Source: Kiritimatiellia bacterium (GTDB taxonomy: Bacteria; Verrucomicrobiota; Kiritimatiellia; RFP12; UBA1067). Taken from it: a stretch of DNA of 64,000 nucleotides. Below the pieces are notes generated by a model. The model saw only the letters and a program-made list of their open reading frames with translations, was not told the DNA's origin and ran no database searches. The stretch lies in contig JBMNFY010000008.1 in NCBI GenBank assembly GCA_050949565.1, forward strand, positions 64,001-128,000. The letters run 5' to 3'. This document shows, one piece after another, positions 39,099 through 49,190 of this stretch. The position numbers and the translations under genes are program-made. Numbering within the stretch: the first letter of the stretch is position 1; the number at the start of each line of letters is the position of its first letter.

Positions 39099-39599
39099 AT
39101 GAACGAAACACTTGGAACAAAGACTAACGAGAAAACGATCTTTGCTATAAGAGGCGTGAAAGACACGGGAAAGACGCAGACCATTAGGAAGATTCACAGG
39201 TTGCTTGAGAAAGCTTATCCCACGGCAAAGGTTACATGGGTCTATCCAAAAGAGGATCCCTTAAATTCCCCTCAAGACATTTGTCTGTTCATGGAAATAG
39301 ACGGGGTGTGGATCGGAATAGAAAGTCAGGGTGATCCTAGCTGTCGTTTACCGGAAAGTTTAGAAATGTTTGCAAAACACCAACCGCCCTGCGCTGTGAT
39401 CCTGTGCGCCACGCGAACACGCGGGGGGACAGTTTGGGCGGTTGACGGGCTTGAACACGCCTACGGATATAAAGCTGTCTGGATAGAAAAGGAAGATTAC
39501 CAGAAAGACAGCAAGGACAACGATCAAGAGAACGCCGAATGCGCTAATCACATCTTCACGCAAATCGTACACCTGCTACCCCAAAAGCCGGCGCATTAA
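39099..39599 (+). CDS. Small hypothetical protein with a P-loop motif
   Basis: IFAIRGVKDTGKT Walker A-like motif; lower GC; GAGAGG SD. Confidence 0.7.
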   Translation: MNETLGTKTNEKTIFAIRGVKDTGKTQTIRKIHRLLEKAYPTAKVTWVYPKEDPLNSPQDICLFMEIDGVWIGIESQGDPSCRLPESLEMFAKHQPPCAVILCATRTRGGTVWAVDGLEHAYGYKAVWIEKEDYQKDSKDNDQENAECANHIFTQIVHLLPQKPAH

Positions 39600-39656
39600 C
39601 TCCTAACTCGTGGGTGGGTTCAGCCTTGTGAAAACCCACAACCTAGGTACAAATCC

Positions 39657-41348
39657 ATGACCACAAAAACACGTATCATTCCCGCACTGCTCCTTTCCGC
39701 CATGCTACTGCCTCTCTCGGTGTCCGCCTACACCTACACCGTCAGCAACGGCAAGGCCACCATCACAAAATACAATGGCTCCGGAGGTGACGTCTCCATC
39801 CCTTCCTCCCTCAACGGCTATTCTGTCACCTCTATCGGCTACAAAGCCTTCTCTAGTTGCTCCTCCCTGACATCCGTCAACATCCCAGACAGCGTCACTT
39901 ACATCGGGTCTTACGCCTTCTCAGCCTGCACATCCCTCACCAATGCCACCATCGGCAACAGCGTCACCTACATCGGTGAATACGCCTTCGACTACTGTCC
40001 CGCACTCACCTCCGTCATCATACCAGACAGCGTCACCTACATCGGTAGTCGCGCTTTCCAGCAATGCTCCTCTCTGACATCCGTCAACATCCCAGACAGC
40101 GTCACCCACATCGATGTAGGCACCCTCCAGCAATGCTCCTCCCTGACATCCATTACCATCCCAGACAGCGTTACCAGTATCAGCGCGGGTGCCTTTTCCG
40201 GTTGCACTCTTCTCTCCTCCGTTCTTTTCACCGGCAACGCCCCGACCATCTATAAGGACGCTTTTGAGGCCACTCCTGCCACCCTCTATTACTTCCCAGG
40301 TACATCTGGATGGGGCACCAGCGTCGCCGGTCGTCCTGCCAAACCCCTGCTCTCATATGACGAAAAGAACGGCGGTGCCACGATTACCAGCATAGACACT
40401 TCCTTCACCGGCAACTATGTGCCTCTCCCCCCAAAACTCGCCGGTCTCCCCGTTACCGCCATCGGCTCCTCCGCCTTCCGCTCCTGCATCGACCTCACCT
40501 CCATCACCCTCCCCGACAGCGTCACCACCATCGGACCTTATGCCTTCCACGGTTGTACGTCCCTCACCTCCGCCAACATTCCGGACGGTGTCACCAGCAT
40601 CGGCACCTACGCCTTTTACAATTGCCATTCGCTTCAAGAGGTCACCCTTCCTGACAGCGTCACAACCATCGGCGACTATGCCTTCGCCTTCTGCTCATCC
40701 CTTTGGGACGTGATCATCCCCGATAACGTCAAACGCATCGGACGCGGGACGTTCTCCGGCTGTTACAGCCTCGAATCCGTCACCCTCCCGACCGGCATCA
40801 CAGCCATCGGCGATGACGCCTTCTCCTACTGCGCCTCTCTCACCGCTATCGCCCTCCCCGACACGCTCACAACCATCGGCGACTATGCCTTCACCGGTTG
40901 TGATTCGCTCTCCTCCGTCACCATTCCTGCAGGCGTCACGTCAGTCGGTGACGACGCCTTCTCCTTCTGCGACTCCCTCACCTCCGTCCTCTTCACCGGT
41001 GACGCCCCGGACATCGGCACCTACGCCTTCGACAACACCCCCGCTACGCTCTACCATCTTCCCGGCACAACCGGCTGGTCATGCCCCCCCGCCGGTTATC
41101 CCGTTGTCTGCTGGAATCCGGCCTTCAGCCCTGCGTCACCGCCGCGCTTCGATTCCGGTGCGTTTTCTTTCACGCTCACCGGCAACGCCGACCTCCCCGT
41201 CCGCATCGAGGCGTGCGACAGCCTTGCCGCCCCGGTCTGGGCACCCGTCAGCGACACCACCATCCCCGCCTCCGGCACCCTCGACTTCACCGACCCCGAC
41301 GCCGCCTCCCGTCCCTCGCGCTTCTATCGTGTGCGCTTCCCGCAATAA
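39657..41348 (+). CDS. BspA-type (LRR_5) surface protein with C-terminal RFYRV domain
   Basis: Signal peptide; two blocks of 23-aa IPDSVTxIGxxAFxxCxSLTS repeats. Confidence 0.92.
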   Translation: MTTKTRIIPALLLSAMLLPLSVSAYTYTVSNGKATITKYNGSGGDVSIPSSLNGYSVTSIGYKAFSSCSSLTSVNIPDSVTYIGSYAFSACTSLTNATIGNSVTYIGEYAFDYCPALTSVIIPDSVTYIGSRAFQQCSSLTSVNIPDSVTHIDVGTLQQCSSLTSITIPDSVTSISAGAFSGCTLLSSVLFTGNAPTIYKDAFEATPATLYYFPGTSGWGTSVAGRPAKPLLSYDEKNGGATITSIDTSFTGNYVPLPPKLAGLPVTAIGSSAFRSCIDLTSITLPDSVTTIGPYAFHGCTSLTSANIPDGVTSIGTYAFYNCHSLQEVTLPDSVTTIGDYAFAFCSSLWDVIIPDNVKRIGRGTFSGCYSLESVTLPTGITAIGDDAFSYCASLTAIALPDTLTTIGDYAFTGCDSLSSVTIPAGVTSVGDDAFSFCDSLTSVLFTGDAPDIGTYAFDNTPATLYHLPGTTGWSCPPAGYPVVCWNPAFSPASPPRFDSGAFSFTLTGNADLPVRIEACDSLAAPVWAPVSDTTIPASGTLDFTDPDAASRPSRFYRVRFPQ

Positions 41349-41362
41349 CCTGAGCGTTTTTT

Positions 41363-41624
41363 TTCACACGGAGGCACGAAGGGCACAAAGGATTTGTGAT
41401 TTGTGATCTAGGAGCCGCAAGTCGCAAGTCGCGGGTCAACCTCTCTTGTTGCGGCCACGCAGTGGCCCGCAACCGTGAGAGTAAAAGCGCTGCTCGGGTT
41501 TTGAAACCGCCAAGACGCCATGAACGCCAAGGGCACCCCTAGTTTTCATGAAGTTTCATGTGTTTCATGGTTTCATTTTCATACTTCGGCGTTGGACGTT
41601 CTACGTTCAGAGTTCAGCGTTCAT
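41363..41624. repeat. Repeat cluster: nonamer triplets, heptamers and element C (41414-41497)
   Basis: GATTTGT x2; AACCGCCAAGACGCCATGAACGCCAAG; CGTTCAG array at 41590-41624. Confidence 0.78.
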
Positions 41625-41630
41625 TCCGTC

Positions 41631-43307
41631 TTATTTTTCCGGCACGAACAGGTTCAGCAGCACGCCGGGGCGGATGCCGAAGAAGGAGGCGCGCTTGCCG
41701 CGGCCGAAGCGTTCGTCGGCCACGTCGCCTTGATCGGCGGCAGCGACGACGATGGTCGGTTGCAACTCTGCCGGGATGTCTTCCACGCGATTCCAGTACC
41801 CCACGTTGCGGTACTTACGCAGATACCACGGCAGCGGCCAAGTGTCGGGTGTGGGCACGGCCAGCGCGATCAGGGTATCGGTGCCCTCGGCCTGCTTCGC
41901 AGCGCGTTCAATCTCGGCCACCAGATTCATCGCGTCGGTGCCGGTGTGGGCATAGACATACGGGTTGCGCGGATCGGCCGGCATCTTGAAACACGCGCGA
42001 TGCGCCTGCATCACATGATGCCGCACCAGCACGGCGACGCCGAACAGGATGGCCAACTTTCCGCATAGATGCACTGCCGCGGGCAGCGGCCCCGTACGCT
42101 GGCCATCGGTCCGCGAAAAGGCCTTCCAGCACACTCCGATACCCACCCCGGCGAGCAGGATGAAGCCGTGCAGGAACGAGAGCGCGCACCATGGCGTCTT
42201 GTACGGGATCGCGCTGTAGAGCGCCGTCAGGGCCAGCGTGTAGACCGCCAAAAAACGCACCCAGCGCTGACGGCCCCGGGTCTCTTTGCTCGCCGCACTG
42301 TGCCGCCGAAACGGCAGGATGGACAATAGGATCGCCAGCGCCGCCGGCAACAACAGGCCGGCCTCGCTCCAGACAGGCCCACGTCCATATTTGAACCAGA
42401 AGATGATCTTCAGGTAAAAATTCCAGGGGTGCTGATGCTCCGGCACCGCTGTGGCCCGCGTGTGATAGGTCTGGTAGGTCGAGAAGAGCGCATCGTAGAC
42501 ACCACGCGGATAGGTGAAGAACGAGGAGTATAAGAGCACGGCCACAAACGCCGCCACACCGACCGCCACCAGCGCATCACGCGTACGCCACGCGCGCCAC
42601 AGCCCGCCGAAGCCGCAGGCCGCGACCATCGCCACCGCCGCAGCGGCGAATGAGAGCACCACCGTCTCTTTGGTCGCAGCGGCCAGACCCGCGAACGCGC
42701 CGAAGGCCGCAGCCCAGACTAGAGTTTCTGGTTTCTGGTTTCGGGTTTCGGGTTTCGGGTTTCGGGTTTCGGGTTTCGGGTTTCGGGTTTCGGGTTTCGG
42801 GACAGAGAGTGCCGAGGCATAACGCACGGCGCACAACAGCATGCCGGTCAGGAAGGTGATCAGCATCGACTCCTGAATGAAAAAGCGGTTGTAGTAGACC
42901 ATCGCCGGGGACACGACGGTGAGAAGCGCAGCGCTGTAAAGTCCGACCCGGTTGACGAACAGGCCGTGCCCGTTCGCGCATGAGCCCAGTCCCAACATCA
43001 GCAACAGCGTCAGCAGGCTGAACGTCACCGGCACCAGGCGGAAGTTCCACTCGGTCGTCTCGGCGAAGGTGTCCGCCGAAGCCCGGCAGAAGGGCCAGGC
43101 CGCGAAGTAGAGCGTCGGCCCGTGGTGGTCGGCGGGATCGTAGTGGTAATACCCCTGATCCAGCAGCAGCCCGGTCCGCACCGCCTGATTGGCCTCGTCG
43201 CCGTGCATCGGCCGCTGGTCGAGGCGCGGTACACGCAACACCAACGCGCCGATGATGATCGCGGCAACCGCCGCCCAACCTAACACGCGTGACAAGGCAT
43301 ATGTCAT
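41631..43307 (-). CDS. GT-C/PMT-like membrane glycosyltransferase (Agl23/TIGR03663-like)
   Basis: MHGDEANQA...YHYDP.DHHGP.LY, YYNRFFIQE, ATKET and YSAIPYKTPW motifs; many TM helices. Confidence 0.82.
   Translation of the reverse strand: MTYALSRVLGWAAVAAIIIGALVLRVPRLDQRPMHGDEANQAVRTGLLLDQGYYHYDPADHHGPTLYFAAWPFCRASADTFAETTEWNFRLVPVTFSLLTLLLMLGLGSCANGHGLFVNRVGLYSAALLTVVSPAMVYYNRFFIQESMLITFLTGMLLCAVRYASALSVPKPETRNPKPETRNPKPETRNQKPETLVWAAAFGAFAGLAAATKETVVLSFAAAAVAMVAACGFGGLWRAWRTRDALVAVGVAAFVAVLLYSSFFTYPRGVYDALFSTYQTYHTRATAVPEHQHPWNFYLKIIFWFKYGRGPVWSEAGLLLPAALAILLSILPFRRHSAASKETRGRQRWVRFLAVYTLALTALYSAIPYKTPWCALSFLHGFILLAGVGIGVCWKAFSRTDGQRTGPLPAAVHLCGKLAILFGVAVLVRHHVMQAHRACFKMPADPRNPYVYAHTGTDAMNLVAEIERAAKQAEGTDTLIALAVPTPDTWPLPWYLRKYRNVGYWNRVEDIPAELQPTIVVAAADQGDVADERFGRGKRASFFGIRPGVLLNLFVPEK
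42724..42800. repeat. Intragenic heptamer VNTR: GTTTCTG x2 plus GTTTCGG x9
   Basis: Counted directly; encodes repeated PKPETRN. Confidence 0.95.
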
Positions 43308-43311
43308 CTCA

Positions 43312-46300
43312 TTATCTCCTCGGCCCCACTCCCGGCAGGCCGACCGGCCCTTGCTGCATCATCTGTCGCAGAATCGGCTCCGCCACCTGACGCAACATAG
43401 GGTTTTCTTGAATCCGTTGCAACGCTTGGGATTTGCCCAATTCGATCGCCTTGCGCAATGCGTGCTGCATCTGCTGTTGCTGTTGGCGCATCGCGCAGAG
43501 CGTCGCCATATCGAGCCATGCGCTCCAGTCATCCGGGCGGAGCAGCAGATAGCGCGAAAGCGGCACGATCATCTTGTCCGGCTGGCCGGCCTCGCCGTAC
43601 ACCCGCACAATCTCCATAAGCTGCTCAGCGGAGGCGGTGGACGGCAGGCGCGCCATCACATTGTCCATCACCTTGGCCGCGTCCGCATGTTTCTTGACGC
43701 TATTCAGCAGCGTACCGATTTCGAACAGCCGTTCGACCGGAAGATTGGGTAGCCCCGCCAATTGGTTCAGGTAGGTGGCCGCCGATTCATTCTGCCCCAA
43801 CTCGCGGTAAGCCATAGCCAACTCAAAGGCGTCATCTGGCGAGAGCGACTTGTCGGCCTGTGCTTTGGCGGTCAGTTCGCGCACTTTGGCTTCGGTCTCG
43901 CGCACGCGGCGGATAAACGCCACAAAGTCGAAGCCGCGCCCGTTGTTGGGGTCGCGCCGATTGTACTCATCGAGAATGTCGATCGCCTCGGCGTAACGCG
44001 CCTGACGCAGCAGCACCTCTTGGATCAGACGGAAGTTCGCCTCCGGGCTGACCGGATAGAGCGTTCGCGCCTCTTGGAAGGCCCGCTCGCTCTCGCCCAG
44101 CATACCGCGCGCTGCGTAGAGGCCGGCGATCGCACTGCGCAGTTTGGAGAACGACTTCTGAGCGGGCAGGTCACGCCGGAATTTCGGCGAGCGCAACAGG
44201 TGACGCGTATACCAATCCCAGAACATCATGTCGTCCTGCATGGTCGTGCGGTCGATCGGCGTCTTCTCGGAGTTGATCTTCATGATCAGCCCGTGCGGCG
44301 TGAGATACGGGAACATCCAGTTGATGACGTAGCTCTCTTCGATATAGAAAGCGTGACGCGCCTTGTTCTTCTGGAAGATCATGTCGCACAGGATGCCGTT
44401 GATCTCCATCACGCCCAGCGCGCCGCTGACTTGCACGCGTCCGTTCTCAATCGTCAGATCGGCGTTCTTGGGACGCTTGCCCGCCTGCACCTCGTCGACA
44501 TAAATCTGGAAGGCGCGCGCGCTGTCGTCCGGCGTCGGTATCCAGATGGGGTTGCCGTACAGATCGCGCATGGTGTTCATGTAGGTGTTGTCGGCCAGCG
44601 CGTTCTGCGTGATCAGAAAGACATCGGGCCGCACCTGCGCAGAGTAGATCATGTAGGTGGGCACGAAGCGTCCGGGATCGGTGCCGCCGAAAAAGATAGC
44701 GTTGGGCTCCATCTCGGGCGGGAAGAGCGGGTTGGGCAACGGCTCTTCGTCGGCATCCAACTCCTCCATGATCGCATCCGCGCCGCGCAACTGGTAGTTG
44801 CCGAACTGCCAACCGAAATCGTGGCCGTTCTGCTCCGCGCCGCTCATCGAGAAGACCAGATACTCGTTGTTGTAGTTTTCGTAGATCGGGATGGTTGCAA
44901 TCAGCAACCCCGCACACAGCATCCCGATGCGCAATGGCTTCAGCATCGACTCGGGCAGCGTGCCGCGCTTGACCAGAGCCTTCAGCAGACGGTTGCCGAT
45001 CGCCAGACCAAAAACAAGACCGTAACCGATCCAGATCGCGAAAAGCGCGTGCGAACTGATGAACTTGACCTTCTGGATAAACATGTCCTGCAGGTCACCC
45101 TTGATGTTGGCGAGCACCACGAGCAGCACGCTCATGACCAAGAAGCCGGCCGCCGTGGAGATGAGCCATTGCTGCGTGACCATATCCATGTCCGAGCGGA
45201 AATCAATCGTTTTCTCGGCCCACCTGCGGAATAAGAACCAGCCTGCGGTAATCGCCGCCAGGATAACCAGCGACAAGGCCAGTGCGCCGACCTTGGCACC
45301 GGTCCCCGGATCCGCACCCGGCCCGGACATCATGCTGAGGATGCCCTTGGCCACGAACAGCCAGACAATCGCCGCCACGCCAGCCAGCGTGATGCCGGCT
45401 GTCAATCCCTCCGAAAGATTGTGCGACTGCCAAGTACGGCGCGCAAACTCCTCGACCTGATTGAACGTGATCGTGACCGCCCCGACCAACAACAGCAACA
45501 GAATACCCGCAATGAGGAGCTTATCGAGGCGCAGGAACGGCTCGCCGCCCATAACCTCAGAGATCAGCACCAGCACACAGGTCAGCAGATAGAGCGCACT
45601 CGCCGCATACACCGCGCGGACACGCCGGTCGCGGACCTTAAAGCTCCAGAGCGTGAAGGGAAGGAAGCCCAGCGTGGCCGCGATCAAGGTGAACTGCACA
45701 CGCAAGTCGGTGAAGTAGGTACCAAGCTGGAAAAGGAACTTCTTGGTAAAGACATCAGAAGGTGCCAGCTTCTCATACTGACCGCGCGTAATGGCGTGCT
45801 TGAATCCTTCCCATGTGCGCGGATAGCCCCAATTCATCGGCGGATTGCGCAGGTCCGAGACAATCGGCATGTAGATGTAGAACGACACGCCCAACTCGGC
45901 GAAGAGCGTGGTCAACGCCACACTGCGCCCGTTCGGCAGCGTCAGCCACGCCAGTCCGATAATGGCGAAGTCCCAGAGCACGCCCCACCAGAACCACCAG
46001 GAGGTCGGATGCGTCAGACCGTTCATGCCGCCCTTGCGCAACAGCACAAAGACAGAGAGCTGCACCGCCGCCACGGGAATTGCGTAAAAGAGGCCGCGCG
46101 GCACAGTCGAGCCCAGCAGGAAGAGCACCGCCAGGCCGCCTAGCAGCGCCACCGTCGGCAGCGTCCAGTTGAACGGCTGTCCTGCATACCCATACGGCAT
46201 CGTCGCACCCTTGATGGCAGAGAGCCGGAAAAAGAGGATCAGTAGCATCGCGCACGCCGGAACCAGCCAAGTCAGTACGGCTTTATCATTGAGCTTATCG

Positions 46301-47454
46301 CGATAGGCATACGCGCCGCCGATGCAAAACGCAATCACCAGTACGATCAACCCCGCCACGCTGGTGTAGACCGAAGACGCGAAGAGCGGCAGGTCGGTCG
46401 CCGCCGCCACGCCGGTCTTGGCCGCCCCCATCGAGAAGAAGACCAGCAGCGCGCCGAAGGCCGTGATGCCCGCGCCGATCGCGCCACCATGCGGCGCCAC
46501 GCCGCTGAGAAATGCGAGGTGCCGTTTCACCACGCCGCCGTTCTTGCAGTTCTTCAGGATCAGCGCCACCGCCAGCCCCAAAAACACGCACACCGCGCCG
46601 GCCACAAGCAGCGTCATCGAGGGCACCGCCACCGTACCCGCAACGCCGGGCGTCACCTTCGCGTAGGCCGGACCCGCCATGCCGGGCTGCGCCGGCATCA
46701 TCGCACCGATCTGCAGGACGTGCGCGCTCAGCAGGATCGGTATGCCGACCATGATGAAGTCGCGGAACAGGGCAATATCGCGCAGGAAGATCACGACCAC
46801 CAGCGGCAGCGCGGCCAACAGCAACACCTGGTAGTTGGTGAGGCCGAGCCCGAAGACAAAGGCGGTCAGCCACAGGATTTTATCGGAAGGACGCCGCATC
46901 CAGCGGTAGGTCAGCAGGAAAATCCACATCAGGAAGAAGGCGTTCAGCGTGTACACCTCCACGATCGTGGCCTGCGACCACATGACCGGGCTGAAGGCGA
47001 ACACCAGACTGCCGCCCACACCGCCGACCCAGCACAACACATTGTTGCGCGCCGGATCAATATCCTCGTCATCGTCATGCGCGTCGCGCAGCATGTCGGA
47101 GGCTGAGCGCGTGATCAGCATCGCCGTGAAGCCGGCCGCAAACGCGGCGAAGACCGCCGACATCAGCGAAATGCTCCACGCCGGCGTAGGCTGTCCCTGA
47201 TAGGTCACCCAACTGAAGAGGCGTGCAAACACGTAGGCGCACATCGTCCAGATCGGATAGCCGGGCGGATGCGGCACGCCCAAGTGGTCGCCCGCCACCG
47301 CCAACTCGCCGGAGTCCTCCAAGGTCACCGACGGACCCAACGTGAAGAAGTAGACCAAGAACGAGACCAGCGTCGCGGTCCAGAAGGCAGTCCAGTCCAC
47401 CCGTCGGAAAAAAGCCCCCTCGCGGGAGTCATCCGAAAACAACTTTTTGATCAT
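43312..47454 (-). CDS. DUF2723 (TMEM260-like GT-C) membrane protein with C-terminal TPR-like region
   Basis: EDSGEL...GVPHPPGYPIW, WSQATIVEVY and PPMNWG motifs; about 20 hydrophobic segments. Confidence 0.88.
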   Translation of the reverse strand: MIKKLFSDDSREGAFFRRVDWTAFWTATLVSFLVYFFTLGPSVTLEDSGELAVAGDHLGVPHPPGYPIWTMCAYVFARLFSWVTYQGQPTPAWSISLMSAVFAAFAAGFTAMLITRSASDMLRDAHDDDEDIDPARNNVLCWVGGVGGSLVFAFSPVMWSQATIVEVYTLNAFFLMWIFLLTYRWMRRPSDKILWLTAFVFGLGLTNYQVLLLAALPLVVVIFLRDIALFRDFIMVGIPILLSAHVLQIGAMMPAQPGMAGPAYAKVTPGVAGTVAVPSMTLLVAGAVCVFLGLAVALILKNCKNGGVVKRHLAFLSGVAPHGGAIGAGITAFGALLVFFSMGAAKTGVAAATDLPLFASSVYTSVAGLIVLVIAFCIGGAYAYRDKLNDKAVLTWLVPACAMLLILFFRLSAIKGATMPYGYAGQPFNWTLPTVALLGGLAVLFLLGSTVPRGLFYAIPVAAVQLSVFVLLRKGGMNGLTHPTSWWFWWGVLWDFAIIGLAWLTLPNGRSVALTTLFAELGVSFYIYMPIVSDLRNPPMNWGYPRTWEGFKHAITRGQYEKLAPSDVFTKKFLFQLGTYFTDLRVQFTLIAATLGFLPFTLWSFKVRDRRVRAVYAASALYLLTCVLVLISEVMGGEPFLRLDKLLIAGILLLLLVGAVTITFNQVEEFARRTWQSHNLSEGLTAGITLAGVAAIVWLFVAKGILSMMSGPGADPGTGAKVGALALSLVILAAITAGWFLFRRWAEKTIDFRSDMDMVTQQWLISTAAGFLVMSVLLVVLANIKGDLQDMFIQKVKFISSHALFAIWIGYGLVFGLAIGNRLLKALVKRGTLPESMLKPLRIGMLCAGLLIATIPIYENYNNEYLVFSMSGAEQNGHDFGWQFGNYQLRGADAIMEELDADEEPLPNPLFPPEMEPNAIFFGGTDPGRFVPTYMIYSAQVRPDVFLITQNALADNTYMNTMRDLYGNPIWIPTPDDSARAFQIYVDEVQAGKRPKNADLTIENGRVQVSGALGVMEINGILCDMIFQKNKARHAFYIEESYVINWMFPYLTPHGLIMKINSEKTPIDRTTMQDDMMFWDWYTRHLLRSPKFRRDLPAQKSFSKLRSAIAGLYAARGMLGESERAFQEARTLYPVSPEANFRLIQEVLLRQARYAEAIDILDEYNRRDPNNGRGFDFVAFIRRVRETEAKVRELTAKAQADKSLSPDDAFELAMAYRELGQNESAATYLNQLAGLPNLPVERLFEIGTLLNSVKKHADAAKVMDNVMARLPSTASAEQLMEIVRVYGEAGQPDKMIVPLSRYLLLRPDDWSAWLDMATLCAMRQQQQQMQHALRKAIELGKSQALQRIQENPMLRQVAEPILRQMMQQGPVGLPGVGPRR

Positions 47455-47520
47455 AAGGTGTCTTTCCAAAAATCATTTATCCGGTAAGAGATTAATTTAC
47501 CGTTGAACCGTCTTTGCCGC

Positions 47521-47568
47521 AAGGACAAGTTTGACAAAGGACAAGTTTGACAAAGGACAAGTTTGACT
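47521..47568. repeat. 16-bp tandem repeat x3 in a divergent promoter region
   Basis: AAGGACAAGTTTGACA x2 plus AAGGACAAGTTTGACT. Confidence 0.9.
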
Positions 47569-47654
47569 CGACGTGAATCCCCTTCTTTTTGCATACTATG
47601 ACCTTTGACATCACAGGGCTTCGGCCCTGAACCTGTGCAAGAGAGAGATGGATA

Positions 47655-48671
47655 ATGAGTAAATCTGCTTCTATGTTTCTAGCTGGCATCATGACTGGGG
47701 TATTGATCGCCTGTATTTTGGGTGCGTTCGTAATCCGGCCTAAAGCCGGATCTAAAGCCGGAGGGCGCACCATCGTGATCAAACTCGCGCACGGGCTCGA
47801 CGAAGCGCATCCCGTCCACCAAGCCATGATCCTGATGAAGCAGCGTCTGGAGGAACTGACCGACGGCAAGGCCACCATCGACCTCTACTCCGGCGGCGTG
47901 CTGGGCGGCGAAACCGATTGCCTGGAGCAGGTGCAACGGGGCGAACTGGCCATGACCAAGGTCTCCACCGCAGCGCTCGAAGCCTTTATCCCCGAGATGA
48001 AGGTCTTCAGCATCCCCTTCACCTTCCGCGACGAGAATCACTTCTGGACAACCCTGAACGGGGACATCGGCAAAAAGTTGCTCGCGAAAGGTGCCGCGCA
48101 AAACTTCCAAGGACTCTGCTACTATGATTCCGGTGACCGCAACTTCTACTCGACCAAAAAACCCATCCGCACAATCGACGACGTCAAGGGCATGAAGATC
48201 CGCGTGATGAACAGCCGCACCGCTATGGACATGATCAACGCGATGGGCGGCAGCCCCTGCCCGATCACCTGGGGCGAACTCTATACCGCGCTGGCGCAGG
48301 GCACCGTCGATGCTGCCGAGAACAACCCGCCCTCGTTCGACACCTCGCGCCACTTCGAGGTCTGCAAATACTTCACCTTCACGGCGCATCAGCGCATCCC
48401 CGACATGGTGATCATGAGCACCAAGGTCTGGAACACGCTCCCGCAGGATGTGCAGGTGGCGTTGCAAAAGGCTGCGGACGAATCCGAGGTCTACCAGCGC
48501 AAACTCTGGAAAGAGAAGACCGAGCAATCTCTGGCGCTCGCCAAAGAAAAAGGCGTGGAACTCATCACACCCGAGCTTGACGGATTCCGCAAGGCTTGCG
48601 CCGGCATCATCCAGCATAAGGATTACGCGGACATCGTCCCGGTTTACAAGGCGATTCAGGAGGTGAAGTGA
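47655..48671 (+). CDS. dctP: TRAP transporter substrate-binding protein
   Basis: GMKIRVM, GELYTALAQGTVDAAENN motifs. Confidence 0.93.
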   Translation: MSKSASMFLAGIMTGVLIACILGAFVIRPKAGSKAGGRTIVIKLAHGLDEAHPVHQAMILMKQRLEELTDGKATIDLYSGGVLGGETDCLEQVQRGELAMTKVSTAALEAFIPEMKVFSIPFTFRDENHFWTTLNGDIGKKLLAKGAAQNFQGLCYYDSGDRNFYSTKKPIRTIDDVKGMKIRVMNSRTAMDMINAMGGSPCPITWGELYTALAQGTVDAAENNPPSFDTSRHFEVCKYFTFTAHQRIPDMVIMSTKVWNTLPQDVQVALQKAADESEVYQRKLWKEKTEQSLALAKEKGVELITPELDGFRKACAGIIQHKDYADIVPVYKAIQEVK

Positions 48672-49186
48672 TGGACACCTTGCAGAAAATCCGGCATGGC
48701 CTAGTCCGCTCGCTGGAAGTACTCATCATCGTCATGGTGGCCCTGCTGACGCTCACCGTCCTTTGGGGGGTCTTCACCCGCTTCGTGATGGGCCGCCAGG
48801 CGCAGTACACCGACGAACTGGCGCGCATGCTACTGGTCTGGGTCTCAATGATCGGTGCGGCACTCGCCTTCGGAGAAAAGGCGCATCTCGGCGTTGATTT
48901 CTTCGTCAACTACCTGCATGCGGAAGCGCGCAAAACGCTCAGCGTTGTCGTGCAGTTTGTCATCATCGCGCTGGCCATCATGGTCTTTATCTCTGGTGGC
49001 TGGAGTCTGGCCATGGCGCAGATGGGGCAGGAACTGCCGACCCTGCGGCCGCTGACGCGCGGCATGGTCTACCTGTCGCTGCCGGTCGCGGGGTGCTTCA
49101 TCACTTTGTTCGCGCTGGAGAATCTCATCGCCATCCTTAGAACCCCTGCCGACCAGATCGGCGCGCAAACCCAATCGGAGGGCTGA
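48671..49186 (+). CDS. dctQ: TRAP transporter small permease
   Basis: DELAR.LLVW...GA.LA.....HLGVD; four TM helices. Confidence 0.9.
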   Translation: MDTLQKIRHGLVRSLEVLIIVMVALLTLTVLWGVFTRFVMGRQAQYTDELARMLLVWVSMIGAALAFGEKAHLGVDFFVNYLHAEARKTLSVVVQFVIIALAIMVFISGGWSLAMAQMGQELPTLRPLTRGMVYLSLPVAGCFITLFALENLIAILRTPADQIGAQTQSEG

Positions 49187-49190
49187 ACCC

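Noticed and set aside
37873-41497. Element C as integron attC sites
   Set aside because: It has bulged hairpins but no convincing RYYYAAC/GTTRRRY core pair, and no integrase is in the window.
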